Made by a program: the position numbers and the translations under genes
The notes under the pieces: generated by a model
The model's database searches: none
What the model was told of the DNA's origin: nothing
Seen by the model: the letters and a program-made list of their open reading frames with translations, nothing else
Assembly: GCA_951406725.2 (NCBI GenBank)
Contig: OX597822.1
Coordinates: 60,636,001-60,700,000, forward strand
Length of the DNA stretch: 64,000 nt
Source: Octopus vulgaris
Taxonomy: Eukaryota
Reading direction: 5' to 3'
Part shown: in pieces, positions 36,601 to 50,096 of the stretch
Numbering within the stretch: position 1 is the first letter of the stretch
How the letters are laid out: each line of letters opens with the position of its first letter

Positions 36601-36984
36601 ATTAGGAATGCTCAGCTAGAGAAGGATTCAGGGGACAAGTCTGTAATCAAGTCACCTTCATAGTTCTTGATTTGATGGGCATTAATCATCACCTTATTTT
36701 AAATGTGTGCAAACGCAAAAAAAAAACACAAAACAAAAACAGGAAAAGAAAAGAAAACTTATCTAACAACAAACCTTTTTAGGTGATAACTTTGATTTAA
36801 TTAACTTCCAAAAGAAATCTTTATTTTCTTCCTAAATGAAAATAACTCCCAAAAATTATTCTTGTGCAATTAAACTTCTTCATATCATACCAAGAAGAAG
36901 AAGAATATTAAACTATGTCTGAACACATGAACATATAATAATAATAATAATAATAATAATTAAAAAACATTAAAAAAAAAAAAA

Positions 36985-38847
36985 AACATCATATAAATAT
37001 GTCTATGGCTTGGATTGACTTTTAGAAGGCATATGATATGATGCCTCATTCTTGGATCGTTGAGTGCCTGCAGATATTTGGTGTTGCTGACAACATCACA
37101 AATTTTCTGACACATAGCATGAGAGTGGAAAACCAAATTGTACTCAAGTAATGTATTCCTTGGAGAATTTCAAAGGGGAATCTTCCAAGGTGACTCATTT
37201 TCTCCATTACTATTTGTAATTTCACTAATACCCATAACAATGACACTTAGGGAAAGTTAAGATGGGTTACCGATGTGGGAAGAAAGGCCCATCATTGAAC
37301 CATCTTCTGTTTATGGGTGATCTGAAATTGTTTCGGAAATCTGAAAAACAGATAGATTCCTTAACCAAAACAGTCCAGAGGTGTGGTAGGGACATCGGCA
37401 TGGAATTTGGGATTACCAAATGCTCAGTACTTAATATGAAAAGAGGGAAGAAAGCAGCTTGCAGAGGATTGCAGTTACCATCAGGAGAGACCATGAGTGA
37501 ACCCGACAGTAGTGGGTATAGATATTTAGGGATTTGGGAGCTGGATGACATTCTACACAGAGAAATGAAAGTCAAAGTCAGCGGGGCATATCAAAAAAGG
37601 GTGAAGACGGTGTTGAAATCCAAATTGAATGCCAAAAATTTGATTACCACAATGAATATCTAGGCAGTTGCAGTGGTCAGATATAGTGCGTCCACCCTCA
37701 AAGGGACTAAGGAGGAAATATCAATACTGGATAGAAGGACGAGAAAGTTGATGACGCTGTATGGGGCACTACACCCTAAAGCAAACGTAATGAGACTGTA
37801 TATGAAAAGAAAGAATGGTGGCAGAGGACTAATTAGTATAGACAATTGTATAAGGAGTGAAAGGAGACCGCTTGCCAAGTATTTATATTATATAATAGTG
37901 ATGAAGATCTGCTGCAATACACCGCAAAAGATATGGGTGTAAATGCAGATGAAATGATGGGCAAGGAAGAGTTTAACCAAGAGCTGAGGAGAAGAGAAAA
38001 GAAGACCTTCCTGAAATGAGAATGCATGGACAGTTTGAAAGGAATAGACAGGACGTTAAGGATAATACAGCATCGTGAGCATGGCTTGAGGGAGGGGATT
38101 TGAAGTGTACCACCGAAAGCCTGATCATTGCTGCACAAGACCAGGCTCTTGCTACCAATTCATGAAGTATAACATCTATAAAACTTCTGACACCCAGAAA
38201 TGCAAACTCTGTGGAAAGTGTGTGGAAAATGTGACCCATATGGTAAGTGGATGTGAGAGCCTCACACAAAAAGAATACAAGTGCCGCCACAATAAAATGT
38301 GTGTGTATCTTCATTGGCTCTTATGCCATAAATACCAATACGAAGTAACAGAGAACTGGTCTGAGCATGAACCAAGTAAAGTTATGCAGGAGGATGGAAA
38401 AGTAACGATACTCAGTGACTATGATTTTCAAAGGGATTGTGTAATCAAACACTGTCAGCTGGATATTGTTGTATTGAATAAGAGAGACAAACACTGTCAG
38501 ATCATTGATGTAGCCATACCAAATGACATGAATGTTGTGAGTAAAGAGGTTAAAAAAATCACCAAGTACTCCGAACTGAAAGTGGAAATGGCAAGACTGT
38601 ATGGAATGTGACAAGGTAATGTAAAAGTGATACCAGTGATGATCGAAGCATTGGGCTCAATCCCATTGAAAATTCAAGACTTCTTAAGGCAACTGGAAAT
38701 TCTATGCAAGATTGATGTCTTGCAAAATGCAGCCTTATTGGACACGGCACACATCTTAAGGAAATTATTATCTGCCTAATGTCCTTGTTGTGATTTGACA
38801 CATGACTAAAGACTCTGGTGCATTTTTACTTACACTGTGTTACGAAG

Positions 38848-38848
<1 letters not shown>
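36985..38848 (+). mobile_element. R4/Dong-like element A, 5'-truncated and degenerate
   Basis: MAWIDF, LNHLLFMGDLKLF, HPKANVMRLYMKRKNGGRGL, CCHC CKLCGKCVENVTHMVSGC, RHN, RLE LDIVV..IIDVAIP..KITKY; (TAA)n on both sides. Confidence 0.9.
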
Positions 38849-38886
<38 letters not shown>

Positions 38887-38887
<1 letters not shown>

Positions 38888-41800
38888 TACACCATGGACG
38901 TAAGGATTACACCGGGGACGTTAAACATGTGAGAGCGTTAAAACAGCGCTCCGAAATCTATCCACAAACATCGAATACAAAGACATCGTATGGAGCCAAA
39001 AATTTACTGACAAAGGATTGGACTATATCTGAGTAAGTGATACCCATTGAAATTAATAACTATTTTCGAAACGAAATGATGTATTTTAACTCGATATCAT
39101 CTCCACCTCGAACACAACACATGTGAAACATGCGCGAAACATTACGACCCATCAACACCAGATCATCTCCGACCCCAAACACTATGTACAAAAAAACTAC
39201 GAAGAAATTAAATAACACCGATATTATTCAACCCAAGAATAGCAATCGGGAAGTACATACATTAAACTTACAACATAAAATGTATGAAAAACTACACGTG
39301 CAAAACAATGTGACAACAGAAATGAACGGACCGGTACCCTACGAAAATGACAACCGTCAAAATAATGGGCCGCATGTTGTTCCTCATGTTCCGCAAATAA
39401 AACCCAAAAGACATAAATGGACACGTGAGGAATACATTTCTATCCTACATACCTATTTTACAGCAGTGCTCTACCCAAAGAATAAAAACACAACAACACA
39501 TACATATAAAATATGGAAGGAAAACAACATAAATATAGACTTGGATATAGCAATGAACCCTAACAAACTAGCAAATATACGGAGATATATTCTCAACGCA
39601 AAAAAAATATCAGAAATAGAAATAGAACATCTAAAGGAAAAAATACATCAGGAAAATGTAGATAGAAGCCAGACAACAATGCCCAATAATATAAACACTG
39701 AAACAGTAAAACACGAAGACAAACATAACACGACAAACAAACATACAAATAAGAAAGAAAACGACACAAATCTAAAACCTGGAAACAATGAAGGGGAGCC
39801 TAATGAATATGATAATATAAAAAGTAGAATAATCAAAGAACTAAAAACCACAGAGCTCAAAATGGACCACCGACCATACCTCCCAAAAATCAGAATAGAC
39901 GAAACAACAACACCAATTATAAACAACATTAACCTAGCCGTCACGGAACTAATAGCCACTGAAACAAAAAGCGATATCACTGAGCTAAATAACTTAGTAT
40001 ACGCAGCAGCCACTGCAGCCACAAAAGAAGCTGGATACTCAAACAGGAGTACCACCACCCAAACAAACCCTGTGGATAAATAACATCCAAAACAAAATAC
40101 AAAAAATAAGAAAAGATCTGTCGATTCTTAATGAAATCAGTAGACAATCAACGCTACTGAGCAACAAAAAGAAAACAAAAATACTCCGCAAATACAACAT
40201 CACACAAAAAGATTTACCTGAGATAAAAGAAAAGCTAAAGCAAGATATCCTTGCCAGAGCACAAAGGATCCGCCGGTACGAGAAACGCCAGCGCTTCATT
40301 GAACAAAACAAAAAGTTCAACTCCAACCCCAAAAAGTTCTACCAAGAACTTGGCAAAAATAAAATAGAAATCACTGCAGCACCAACAGCAGAAGAAGTGA
40401 AAGAATTCTGGAGAGAAATTGGTCGGCGAACGAACAACCAAAAAAAAGGAGTATTGAAATAACAAACTCAGCATCTGAGCAACTTTGGACCCCCATAACA
40501 ACTGAAGAGGTCACCCAGGCACTGCAAAGACTAAGCAACTGGAAGGCATCTGGGCATGACAAGATCCCCAACTTCTGGTTGAAATATCTAACAGGAATGC
40601 ACAAAAAGCTGGCTGAAAACTTTAACAACATACTAGCAGAGCCAGAGACAATGCCTGAATGGCTCACGAAGGGGAAAACCATCTTAATTCCCAAATCAAA
40701 TGAGATAGCAAAACCAGAAAACTACAGACCAATAACCTGTCTCCCTACGATGTACAAGGCATTTACTGCAGTGATATCGCAAAGGTTGAACAAGCACCTA
40801 GACGAAAACAACCTGTTTCCAGAAGAGCAGAAAGGATGCCGCAAAGGCTCATACGGCTGTAAAGATCAACTAACGATCAATAAAGCCATACTGAAAACAG
40901 CCACAGAAAGAAGAAAGGCCTCAGTATGGCCTGGATTGACTACAAAAAGGCGTTTGATAGCATCCCCCACACATGGATCCTCGAAACACTAGCCATTAAC
41001 AAAGTAGCACCAACAATTATAAAATTCATTGGGCACTCTATGAATAAATGGCAAACAGTGCTACAGCTCCAAACAAAAGAGGGACTCATGAAAACCAAAG
41101 ACATCCCCATTAGAAGAGGAATATTCCAGGGAGACACGCTCTCTCCACTCCTTTTCTGCTTGGCACTGTCACCTCTATCTGATATGCTAAATAGAACTGG
41201 ATGCGGATATAAATGTTACGGCAAAACGATCAGCCACCTTTTATATATGGATGACCTAAAACTATACGCTGCAAATGACAAACAGCTGGAAACACTATTA
41301 AAGACAGTTCATAGATTTACCAAAGAAATAGATATGAAATTTGGATTAGAAAAATGCGCCAAAGTAACCATGAAAAGAGGAAAACTAGTTAAGAGTAGCA
41401 ACATCACACTAGTTAAAACCAATGAAATAAAAGAATTAGACCAAAGCCAAACTTACAAATACTTAGGAATCCATGAACTAGATAAGAAACAACACACACA
41501 AATGAAAGAGAAAATAAAAAAAGAATATTATAGACGAGTTAGATCAATACTAAAAACAGAGCTCAATGCTAAAAACAAGATAATAGGTATTAACACTTTA
41601 GCTGTCCCAGTTATAAGTTACAGCTACAATATCCTTAACTGGACACTAAATGAACTAATCAAAATAGATAGGAAAACAAGAAAAATAATGACAGGGTCTA
41701 GGATGCATCACCCAAAATCTGACATAGAAAGACTATATATACAATGTATAGAAGGTGGTAGAGGCCTTATACAGCTGGAAAACTACTATAAAATAACCAC

Positions 41801-42893
41801 CATAGGACTGCAAAAATATCTACTTCAGAAGGAAGGAAAACTGATACAAATAGCGGCAAAACACGAGCAAAACAAAAAACTTTTCTCAGTATTTAAGGAA
41901 GCTGACAAATACAAACAAGAAATCATACCACCAATATAAAGAAGAAGAAGATGAAGAAACAACAAAAGCTATAAAACAAATGAAATCCAAACTAAAACTA
42001 GAACAGCAAAGAACCATGATAAAACGATGGCAAGAAAAACCCCTCCACGGTAAATACTGGACTAAACTAAATGCAAAAGAAATAGACAAAGAAAAATCCC
42101 AGCAACAATTCTTGAGAAGCTCAGGACTCAAAGCAGAGACAGAGGGATTTTTAATTGCAGCACAAGACCAAAGCCTCCCCACCAGAAATTACCAAAAACA
42201 TGTAATGAAAAGAAATATAACAAGTAACTGCAGAATATGTGGAGATGGAGAAGAAACAATAAATCATATTATCTCTGGCTGCCCAGTCCTGGCTAAGAAG
42301 GAATATATTCACAGACATGACAGAGTTGGAACCTACATACACTGGAAGCTATGCCAACATTATGGAATAACAACAGAAAAAAGATGGTATAGGCACACAC
42401 CAGAAAAGGTCACAGAAAACGAGAAAGCAACCATACTCTGGGATATGCCGATACACACAGATAGAGAAATTAAGGCCAACAGACCAGATATAGTTGTCAG
42501 AGATCATGAAGGAAAAAAATGCTTTCTAATTGATGCATCAATACCGGCAGATGACAACATGTCTCTAAAAGAAATGGAGAAACTTTCAAAATACAAAGAC
42601 CTTGAAATGGAGGTAACCAGAATGTGGAATCTAAAAACAGAAACAATTCCTATCATAGTAGGTGCATTAGGCATGATAAAAAAATATTCAGACAAATACG
42701 TAACAAAAACACCAGGACTTACAAACACATATAACATACAGAAAATTGCACTACTAGGCACTGCACACATCCTACGCAGAACACTTTCCATACAATAACC
42801 ATCAGAGCATCACAAAAATCACAGCACATACCCAAGGCACACAGAGCTGCACTCGGTAGTGAAGTGAAAGCACGCTATAAAAAAATAAAACTA

Positions 42894-42896
<3 letters not shown>
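38887..42896 (+). mobile_element. R4/Dong-like element B, nearly full length (Myb-RT-CCHC-RLE), few frameshifts
   Basis: RHKWTREEY (Myb-like), YRPITCL, AWIDYKKAFDSIPH, RGIFQGDTLSP, HLLYMDDLKLY, CRICGDGEETINHIISGC, RHD, KANRPDIV..LIDASIP..KLSKY; flanked directly by (TAA)n on both ends. Confidence 0.95.
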
Positions 42897-42929
<33 letters not shown>

Positions 42930-42930
<1 letters not shown>

Positions 42931-43590
42931 TGCATTACCATATTTCATGGCTCTCAGGTAGTCATGATGGGCATACTGGGCTTCGTATATTTTACCCCAG
43001 TTTCACTTTGGTGGCATGCACTGCTCTTTCAAGAAGAAGGAGGGGGAGGAGAATATGCAGTGCCAAGCAGTGGCTCTCATGGCTTTTGATCTTAACTGCT
43101 TGGAGATGTTATCATGTACATTGTTTTGTCTTGGTATAAAAAATGGGCTACAGCAAATATTCTGCTCAGTATCACAGATTTGCTTGTCAGTTGCTTGACC
43201 ATAACCAGTTGGGCATGGCCTTTGTGGCTGATGATATGTGCATCTCTGATCATGAGCAGAAGTAGTGGGGGAGCATCGTAGCCATGTGTTGAGAGGAATT
43301 CTTTGGAGCTTGAATAATTCACCTCTGGAAACATGAGTGTTTTGTTTGACATCCTTAAACAAACTTTATTTGAGGACCTTTTGAGCGGGATGGGCTACTT
43401 GACCTGATGAAAATTCTAACTGGGCCCCCCCTGCAAGGTCATGCGCGGTCTACCTTGATATAAAATCACCATGACATGCACATATGGTTGTGATGCATGT
43501 GCCTGGTGTACCCTTATTAGGTGGGTATATTGGGTTTTGTATATTTGTACCCCATTGTCACCTTGATGGCATGCACTGCTCTCTCGCATA
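42930..43590 (+). mobile_element. Two family X copies (internally deleted 42930-43030; long 43055-43590)
   Basis: Sequence similarity to the other X copies; TAA arrays at both flanks. Confidence 0.85.
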
Positions 43591-43613
43591 GTAATAATAA
43601 TAATAATAATAAC

Positions 43614-43782
43614 AACCCTTTCTACTATGGGCACAAGGTCTGAAATTACATCAACACCTCTGTTCAACTGGTTCTCATTTTATCACCCTGAAAGGATGAA
43701 AGGCAAAGTCAGGTTTGGCAGAATTTGAACTCAGAACAGAAAGATGGACAAAATATCACTAAGCATTTTTTCCAGCATGCTA
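43614..43782 (-). mobile_element. SINE fragment (21511 family)
   Basis: ctgaaaggatgaaaggcaaagtc..gaatttgaactcagaac..ctaagcattt. Confidence 0.7.
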
Positions 43783-45200
43783 AGACCAGAGGAGATCTTA
43801 TAACAAAATAAATAGTGGAGAACAAAGTACTGAAGATGAAAAACCTAATGCAGAAGAAGTTAGAAAGTTCTGGAGTAATATTAACAAATAAGCCAGCCAA
43901 TCATAATGGAGATGCAGTATGGTTAAAGAAAGTGAGGGAAGAATTAGTGAGTGAGAAGCAGCCAGATCTAAGACTAACTAGTGCATTAATGAGTAAAGTG
44001 CTAGAAAAATGCCAATTTGGAAAGGCCCAGGACCAGATTTAGTTCAAGGGTACTACATAAATAAATTTAATAGTTTACATGGAAGGCTGCGGGAACAACT
44101 TCAAGATTGCCTTAATGAAGGAATAATACCAGATTGGATGACTAGAGGGAGGACAATACTCATCATGAAAGATAAAAGCAAAGGTAAGACAGGTAGAATC
44201 TATAGACCAATCCTTTGCTTAGCATTAGTGTGGAAGCTGTTAACAGGAATGCTTTCAGAAAGCATTTACAAGCACTTTGACAATCAGAATTTACCGCCAG
44301 AACAGAAAGGTTGCAGGAAGAAGGCTAGAGAAACACATAATCTATTATACATAGACAAAGCAGTTCTAAATGAAAGAAAAGCTAGAAAGAAAAATCTAAC
44401 AACAGCATGGATAGATTATAGGAAAGCCTATGACATGATCCCACACTCATGGATAAGCGAATATCTGAGTATATTCAGTATAGCAGACAACATAAGAGAA
44501 TTGATTACCTTTAGCATGAAGAAATGGAAAGTATATCTCTACTCAGGAGACACACACTTAGGGAAAGTTAATATCAAAAGAGGAATTTTCCAGGGGAACT
44601 CGTTGTCCCCTTTAATATTTGTCTTATGTTTGTTCCCTCTCAGTTTAGTATTAAGGAAGGCAAAGGCAGGGTATCAGTTCAGAAACAGTAATGGAAAAAA
44701 TAACCATTTGCTCTACATGGATGATCTGAAGCTTTTTAATAAGAATGAAGAGATCAATTCCTTAATACAGACTGTAAGACTCTTCAGCAAAGATGTAGGC
44801 AAGGAATTTGGCATAGATAAGTGTGCAATACTAGTCATGCGAAGGGGACAGGTATCAACAGCGAAGGCATTTAATTACCAGATGGCCAAACATTAAAATC
44901 ATTGAAAGGAGGAGAGAGTTATAAGTATCTAGGAGTATTAGAATCTGACAGGGTACTAACTACAGAAATGAAAACGAAAATTGAGAGAGAGTGCATCAGG
45001 AAGGTGAGGAAGCTAATGAAGTCAAATCTAACTGGTCCGAATCTAGTGAAGGTTGTAAATACTTGGGCAATATCATTACTTAGATACTCAGCAGCTTTTG
45101 TATATTGGACAAAAACTGGATTAACAAAGCTAGACAGAAGAACTAGGAGGGAATTCAATATGGTGGACTCTATCCAAGGGCAGCAGTAGCAAGATTATCT
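43783..45200 (+). mobile_element. R4/Dong-like element C, RT fragment
   Basis: ORF 44009-44896: WKGPGPD, YRPILCL, TAWIDYRKAYDMIPHSW, RGIFQGNSLSP, HLLYMDDLKLF. Confidence 0.9.
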
Positions 45201-45399
45201 ACAATACATTAAAAGTGAGCTTGAATCTTGCTGGCTTGCTTGCTTGCAGTGTTGCCCAGCCAAACTGGAGCATAATGCGAAAATACAATGAATTTGGTGT
45301 CCCATGAAATGTGAATACGAACGGAATAAAAAAAGTTTCGCTTAAATTGGACTAGTGGTTGTTGAGATATTAGCAGTTTTTAGGGTATAAATACCCAAA

Positions 45400-45557
45400 A
45401 CAGTGCATTGGTCATACATATGTTGCTGGTATCCCCTAAGATGAACACCATTTTTGTCTACAGGGTTGCTCAGGTAGTAACACTTCATGATCACAGCATT
45501 AACTTGTTTGTTCCATCTGCGCTGTGTGTGCTGGTCCCTTGCTGGATAACGACAGGT
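45400..45557 (-). mobile_element. Inverted near-identical copy of the element D N-terminal segment
   Basis: Reverse complement of ~46693-46843 (cctgtc..ttatccagcaagggaccagcacacacagcgcagatggaac..tatgaccaatg). Confidence 0.9.
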
Positions 45558-45938
45558 TAACTTAACCCTGGAAGGGAAGAAACTCTTACCTTTAGATTAG
45601 ATACAGTGACTTGACCACGAAAACATACAATCTGGTTCTTACAGTAAATGTTTCTATTTTCGCTTTTGTTAAAAACAATATTTTAATCATTAAGAAATAT
45701 TTTTAAGTGAATGTGATTTCAAAAATGTAAGTTGTTTGTACAGTAAGTATTATATTTTAGCTTTTAAACAGACAATATTTTAATGTTTTTTTATTATTAT
45801 TTTCAAGTAAATACCATTACAAAAATTTGGGGGCGGGGGGGCATATTTAGAAAATATTTTAAAGTCAAAATGACCCGTTTGTAATAAATAATTGTTTTCC
45901 ATAGGTTTTTTCGAGTGCATTCAACGTATCTCACCTCC

Positions 45939-46055
45939 AAAGATTTGGCTGCTATTTCTAGCACGTCCTTCTACCATGTAACAGCTATGTGCGATAAAGC
46001 ATGCAAAATACCTGTTACGTGGTAAAAGGGCGTGCAAGAAATAGCAGCCAAATTT
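45939..46055. repeat. Imperfect inverted repeat (~44-bp arms), MITE-like hairpin
   Basis: agatttggctgctatttctagcacgtccttctaccatgtaacag ... ctgttacgtggtaaaagggcgtgcaagaaatagcagccaaattt. Confidence 0.85.
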
Positions 46056-46476
46056 TTCCTTTTCTGGGGAAAGGAGTTGTTTACGCATGATTTCGATGTC
46101 ACATTCGCTGAAAGTATGCGAAATAACCTGGAAACAGTGTTATTAGGGACAGCTAGGATACTTAGGAAGGTTCTTAGCATCTAAGATTACTTGTTTTAGC
46201 CTGATAGAAGGGTTATTGGCATTGAAGGTTATTTGATGTAGTCTGATGTTAAGATTTTTTCTTTTCCAACAGTTTAATCTATTGAGTGTATATGACAACA
46301 ACAAAAACATAATAATGATAATAAATGATGATGATGGTGGTGGTGGTAATAATAGTGATAATAATAATGATAATAATAATTTAACCCAAACTTATGTCAG
46401 ATCAGAGGAAATATTAACAATGGCAAATAGTAAAAAAATGAAAATAATATCAGTGATGATAATAATAATTATGAAA

Positions 46477-49400
46477 GGAAGCGGTTGGAATCTCCCTATG
46501 CTCTGATTGGTGATACATCTAGTGATGGTGTCATAATAAAAACACTGGTAATTGCGCAACCTGATAATCACTACCTCAAGTGAGTGACTATGAAAAAACA
46601 AAATATAGTGAATAACGATGGTAATGAAACTGAAGCCCTTGATGATGATAGTTTTACACCTGGCAGGCTCGGAGAAACTGGTCCAACTCCAGCCTGTCAT
46701 TATCCAGCAAGGGACCAGCACACACAGCGCAGATGGAACAAACAAGTTAATGCTGTGATCATGAAGTGTTACTACCTGAGCAACCCTGTAGACGAAAATG
46801 GTGTTCATCTTAGGGGATACCAGCAACATATGTATGACCAATGGAGAGAAAAAGGATTGTTTCAACTCACGGAACATAGATTATTTGATCAAGCTAGAAC
46901 AATAAGAAAAAAATCATTGGTTCACAGAAGTAGAGCTCAAAGCTATCAAAAAACGAGTACTGGAAAACAATAGTAGAGGAGACAATGAAAATACAGTTCC
47001 TACTGATAAAAGTAATCTCGTAGCAGAAAACAGGGCTGTAATCTCTAATAAACCACAGGAAAGGAACAGTGATAGTTTTCTTGATGAGAGACATGTAACT
47101 GTTTGGAAGAGGACAATAAAACTAATGGTGTAATGACAGATGGGCATAGGGCAATGTAGACAGAATAAAGACAAGCCTACAAGAAAACGATAGCGCCATT
47201 ATTTGCAACCTTAAAAATGTTGATCAGTGGAAATTGAACCAAGAAACGAGAAATATGCATGAAATTCTGAAATACATCAGAACAAGCAACAACACAGAAA
47301 CAAACAATTTGATCCAGGCAGCAAGTATTGTTGTAGTAGAAAATGTGGGTGTTGACGTCAAGAAAAGGCAATATAATGGGAGTGACAAAAGAAAGGATCC
47401 ATGGCGGAAAGGAAGAATACAGGCAGGGTTAAATATGCACTCAAAAGAATTTCTGTGTTAGACGGAAAAGAGAAGGGGAAGCTTAAAAGCGAACAAAAAT
47501 ACAGGGCACTAAATAGGAAGTATGGCATTGAAAGAAAGGGCCTGAAATTGGTAATGGAGTAACTGAAACAGCGCCTTGTTACAAAGAAGTCAAAGATGGT
47601 AAGATACGACCAAAGAATGAAGGGATACCAGCAGAATAGGTTATTCAGAGTAGATCAGAAGAGATGCTACAAAGAAATAAATGGAGAGTGTACAGATGAA
47701 AAGTTGATGCCAGGTAACATTGAAACATCAATGCTGAATGGTTGCAAGAACTGAAAGAAATAGTAATCTGTCCGAAACAGGCAGAACTAGTCATTTCAGT
47801 TAGGGAAGTGAAGGAAATCAGCAAAGAAACAGGCAACTGGAAAGCCCCAGGACCAGATGGAGTTCAAGGCTACTGGTTCAAAAGATTTGGTGAATGTCAT
47901 GCACGAATAGCTGCGCACCTCAACACCTTGTTAAATGCTAACCAAGTAACACCAGAGTAGTTGATGATGGGTAGGACTGTGCTGTGCTTAAAAAACATCG
48001 AAAAAGGCAATACGGTAGACAATTACATGCCAATATCCTGCTTGCCAATTATGTAAAAGTTATTGACTGGAATAGTCGCACTGTCAATGTACGGATATCT
48101 AGAAAAAATGGAGTCCTGCCACATGAGCAGAAGTGTTGCAAACATAAGTACAGAAGTACCAAGGAACAAACCCTGGTAGACAAAACTGTACTTAGAGACT
48201 GCAAGAGGACGAAAACTAACTTAGCCACACAGGGATCGATTCTTGTAAGGCGTACGATATGATCGTACATTCTTGGATTATGGAATGTATGGACCTATTT
48301 CGTATTGCACTTAATATTGAGCGGTTGCTTGGAAAAAGTATGGTGATGTGGAGGATGGAACTGACAGCATACGGAAGAAGTTTAGGGACAACAGAAATCA
48401 GGAGAGGCATTTTCCAAGGGGACTGCCTGTCCCCACTGGTCTTTGTACTGTGCATGATGCCATTAACACTGATTCTGGGTATGTATTCAAAAGCCGCCCA
48501 GAAAAAAGTCAACCACTTGTTATTTATGGATGACCTCAAACTTTATGGTGAAGATGAATAGCAGGTTAGTTTCCTCGTTGATACAGTGTATACTTTCAGT
48601 GCTGATATCAGAATGGAGTTCAGACTGAAAAAGTGTGGTGTGTTAGTCTTGAATAGAGGGAAAATCAAATGTATGGACAGGCTAGCGATATCGTCGGGAG
48701 AGGGGTGTTATGAAGCAGATAGAAAAGATGAGCTATAAGTACTTGTGGATATTGGAAATGGATAAATTGATGGAGAAAGAAATGACAGAAAAATTTAAGG
48801 TGGAGCACTTGAGCAGGCTGAGACTGATCTTTAAGTCGAAATTAAACGTACGGAATAAGATTGAAGCTATCAACACCTGGGCGGTTTCACTACTTAGATA
48901 TGGAGCAGGGGTAATCACCTGGATAGTATACGAACTAAACAGCTTAGACAGAAAGACAAGAGAGTTGCTGACTAGATATGGGATTCTCCACCCAAAAAGT
49001 GACACTGACAGACTGTATGTACCAAGAAAAAGAGGGGGAAGAGGACTGAGTTGATGTGAACACAACACAGCATTAGAGCAGAAGAAAACAACATAACATG
49101 GTATGTAAAATATGCCACAGGACTGCTATTATTAGAAGTAAGAAGGTCAGGATTGTGTAGGATGGAAGATTGCAAAGATAAATCACTGTACAAGCACTTG
49201 AGAATGAATGAAACTGAAAATAGGTGGGTAAAGAAAAGAATGCATGGACAATTTCATAGCGATGTTGAAGATAAGACAGACAGAAAAAAGATGGCTATGG
49301 ATGACTAAAAGTGCTTTAAAACCAGAAACGGAGGCTCTAATCTGTGATGCTCAAGAGCAAGCATTAAGAACCAATTACATCAAATACAGAATAGACAACA

Positions 49401-50064
49401 CATTTGAAAGTGATAAGTGCAGAATTTGTAGACAAAATGGTGAAACCATATGACATATTACCAGTCAATGTATGCCACTAGCTCAGAAAGAATATAAGAG
49501 ACATCGTGACAACATAGCAAGGATTGTCCATTGGACACTTTGCAACAAGTATGGACATGACAGCAAAAAAGTGATACGAACATAAACCCAAAGGCATCAT
49601 TAAAAATGATAATGCAAAGATCCTTTGGGATTTTATAATTCAGTGCGACCATGAGATAGAGAATAGGAAACCAGGCATAGTGTTAATTGAGAAAGAAAGC
49701 AAACGATGCTGGATCAGAGATATAGCATGCCCAGCTGACAACAAGGTATTCAATAAGGAAGAAAAAAAAACTCGATAGATATCACAGGTTAGCTTGGGAA
49801 GTTAAGCAGCTGTGGTTGCTGAAAAAGGTGGTAGTAGTACCAATAATTGTCGGATCCCTGGGAACAGTGAGTAAAACTCTTGAGAAGCACATGGAACAAA
49901 TAGGGGCTGCAATAAGGGTGGAGCATTTGCAGAAAATAGTACTGCTTGGAACCGCTCAAATACTCTGGATGGTGCTCGAAAAATAAGAGGTGTTACCTTA
50001 GTTCACTGGTAGTGAACAGCTGGTACCGTAGTACATCTCCAGCGTTAGAAGCTGTGCAAAGACA
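46477..50064 (+). mobile_element. R4/Dong-like element D, full length, degenerate
   Basis: RRWNKQVNAVIMKCY (Myb-like), WKAPGPDGVQGYW, RGIFQGDCLSP, HLLFMDDLKLY, CRICRQNGETI, RHD-like RRD, ENRKPGIV; TAA-rich flanks. Confidence 0.92.
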
Positions 50065-50096
50065 ATAATAATAAAAAAGAAGAAGAAGAAGAAGAA

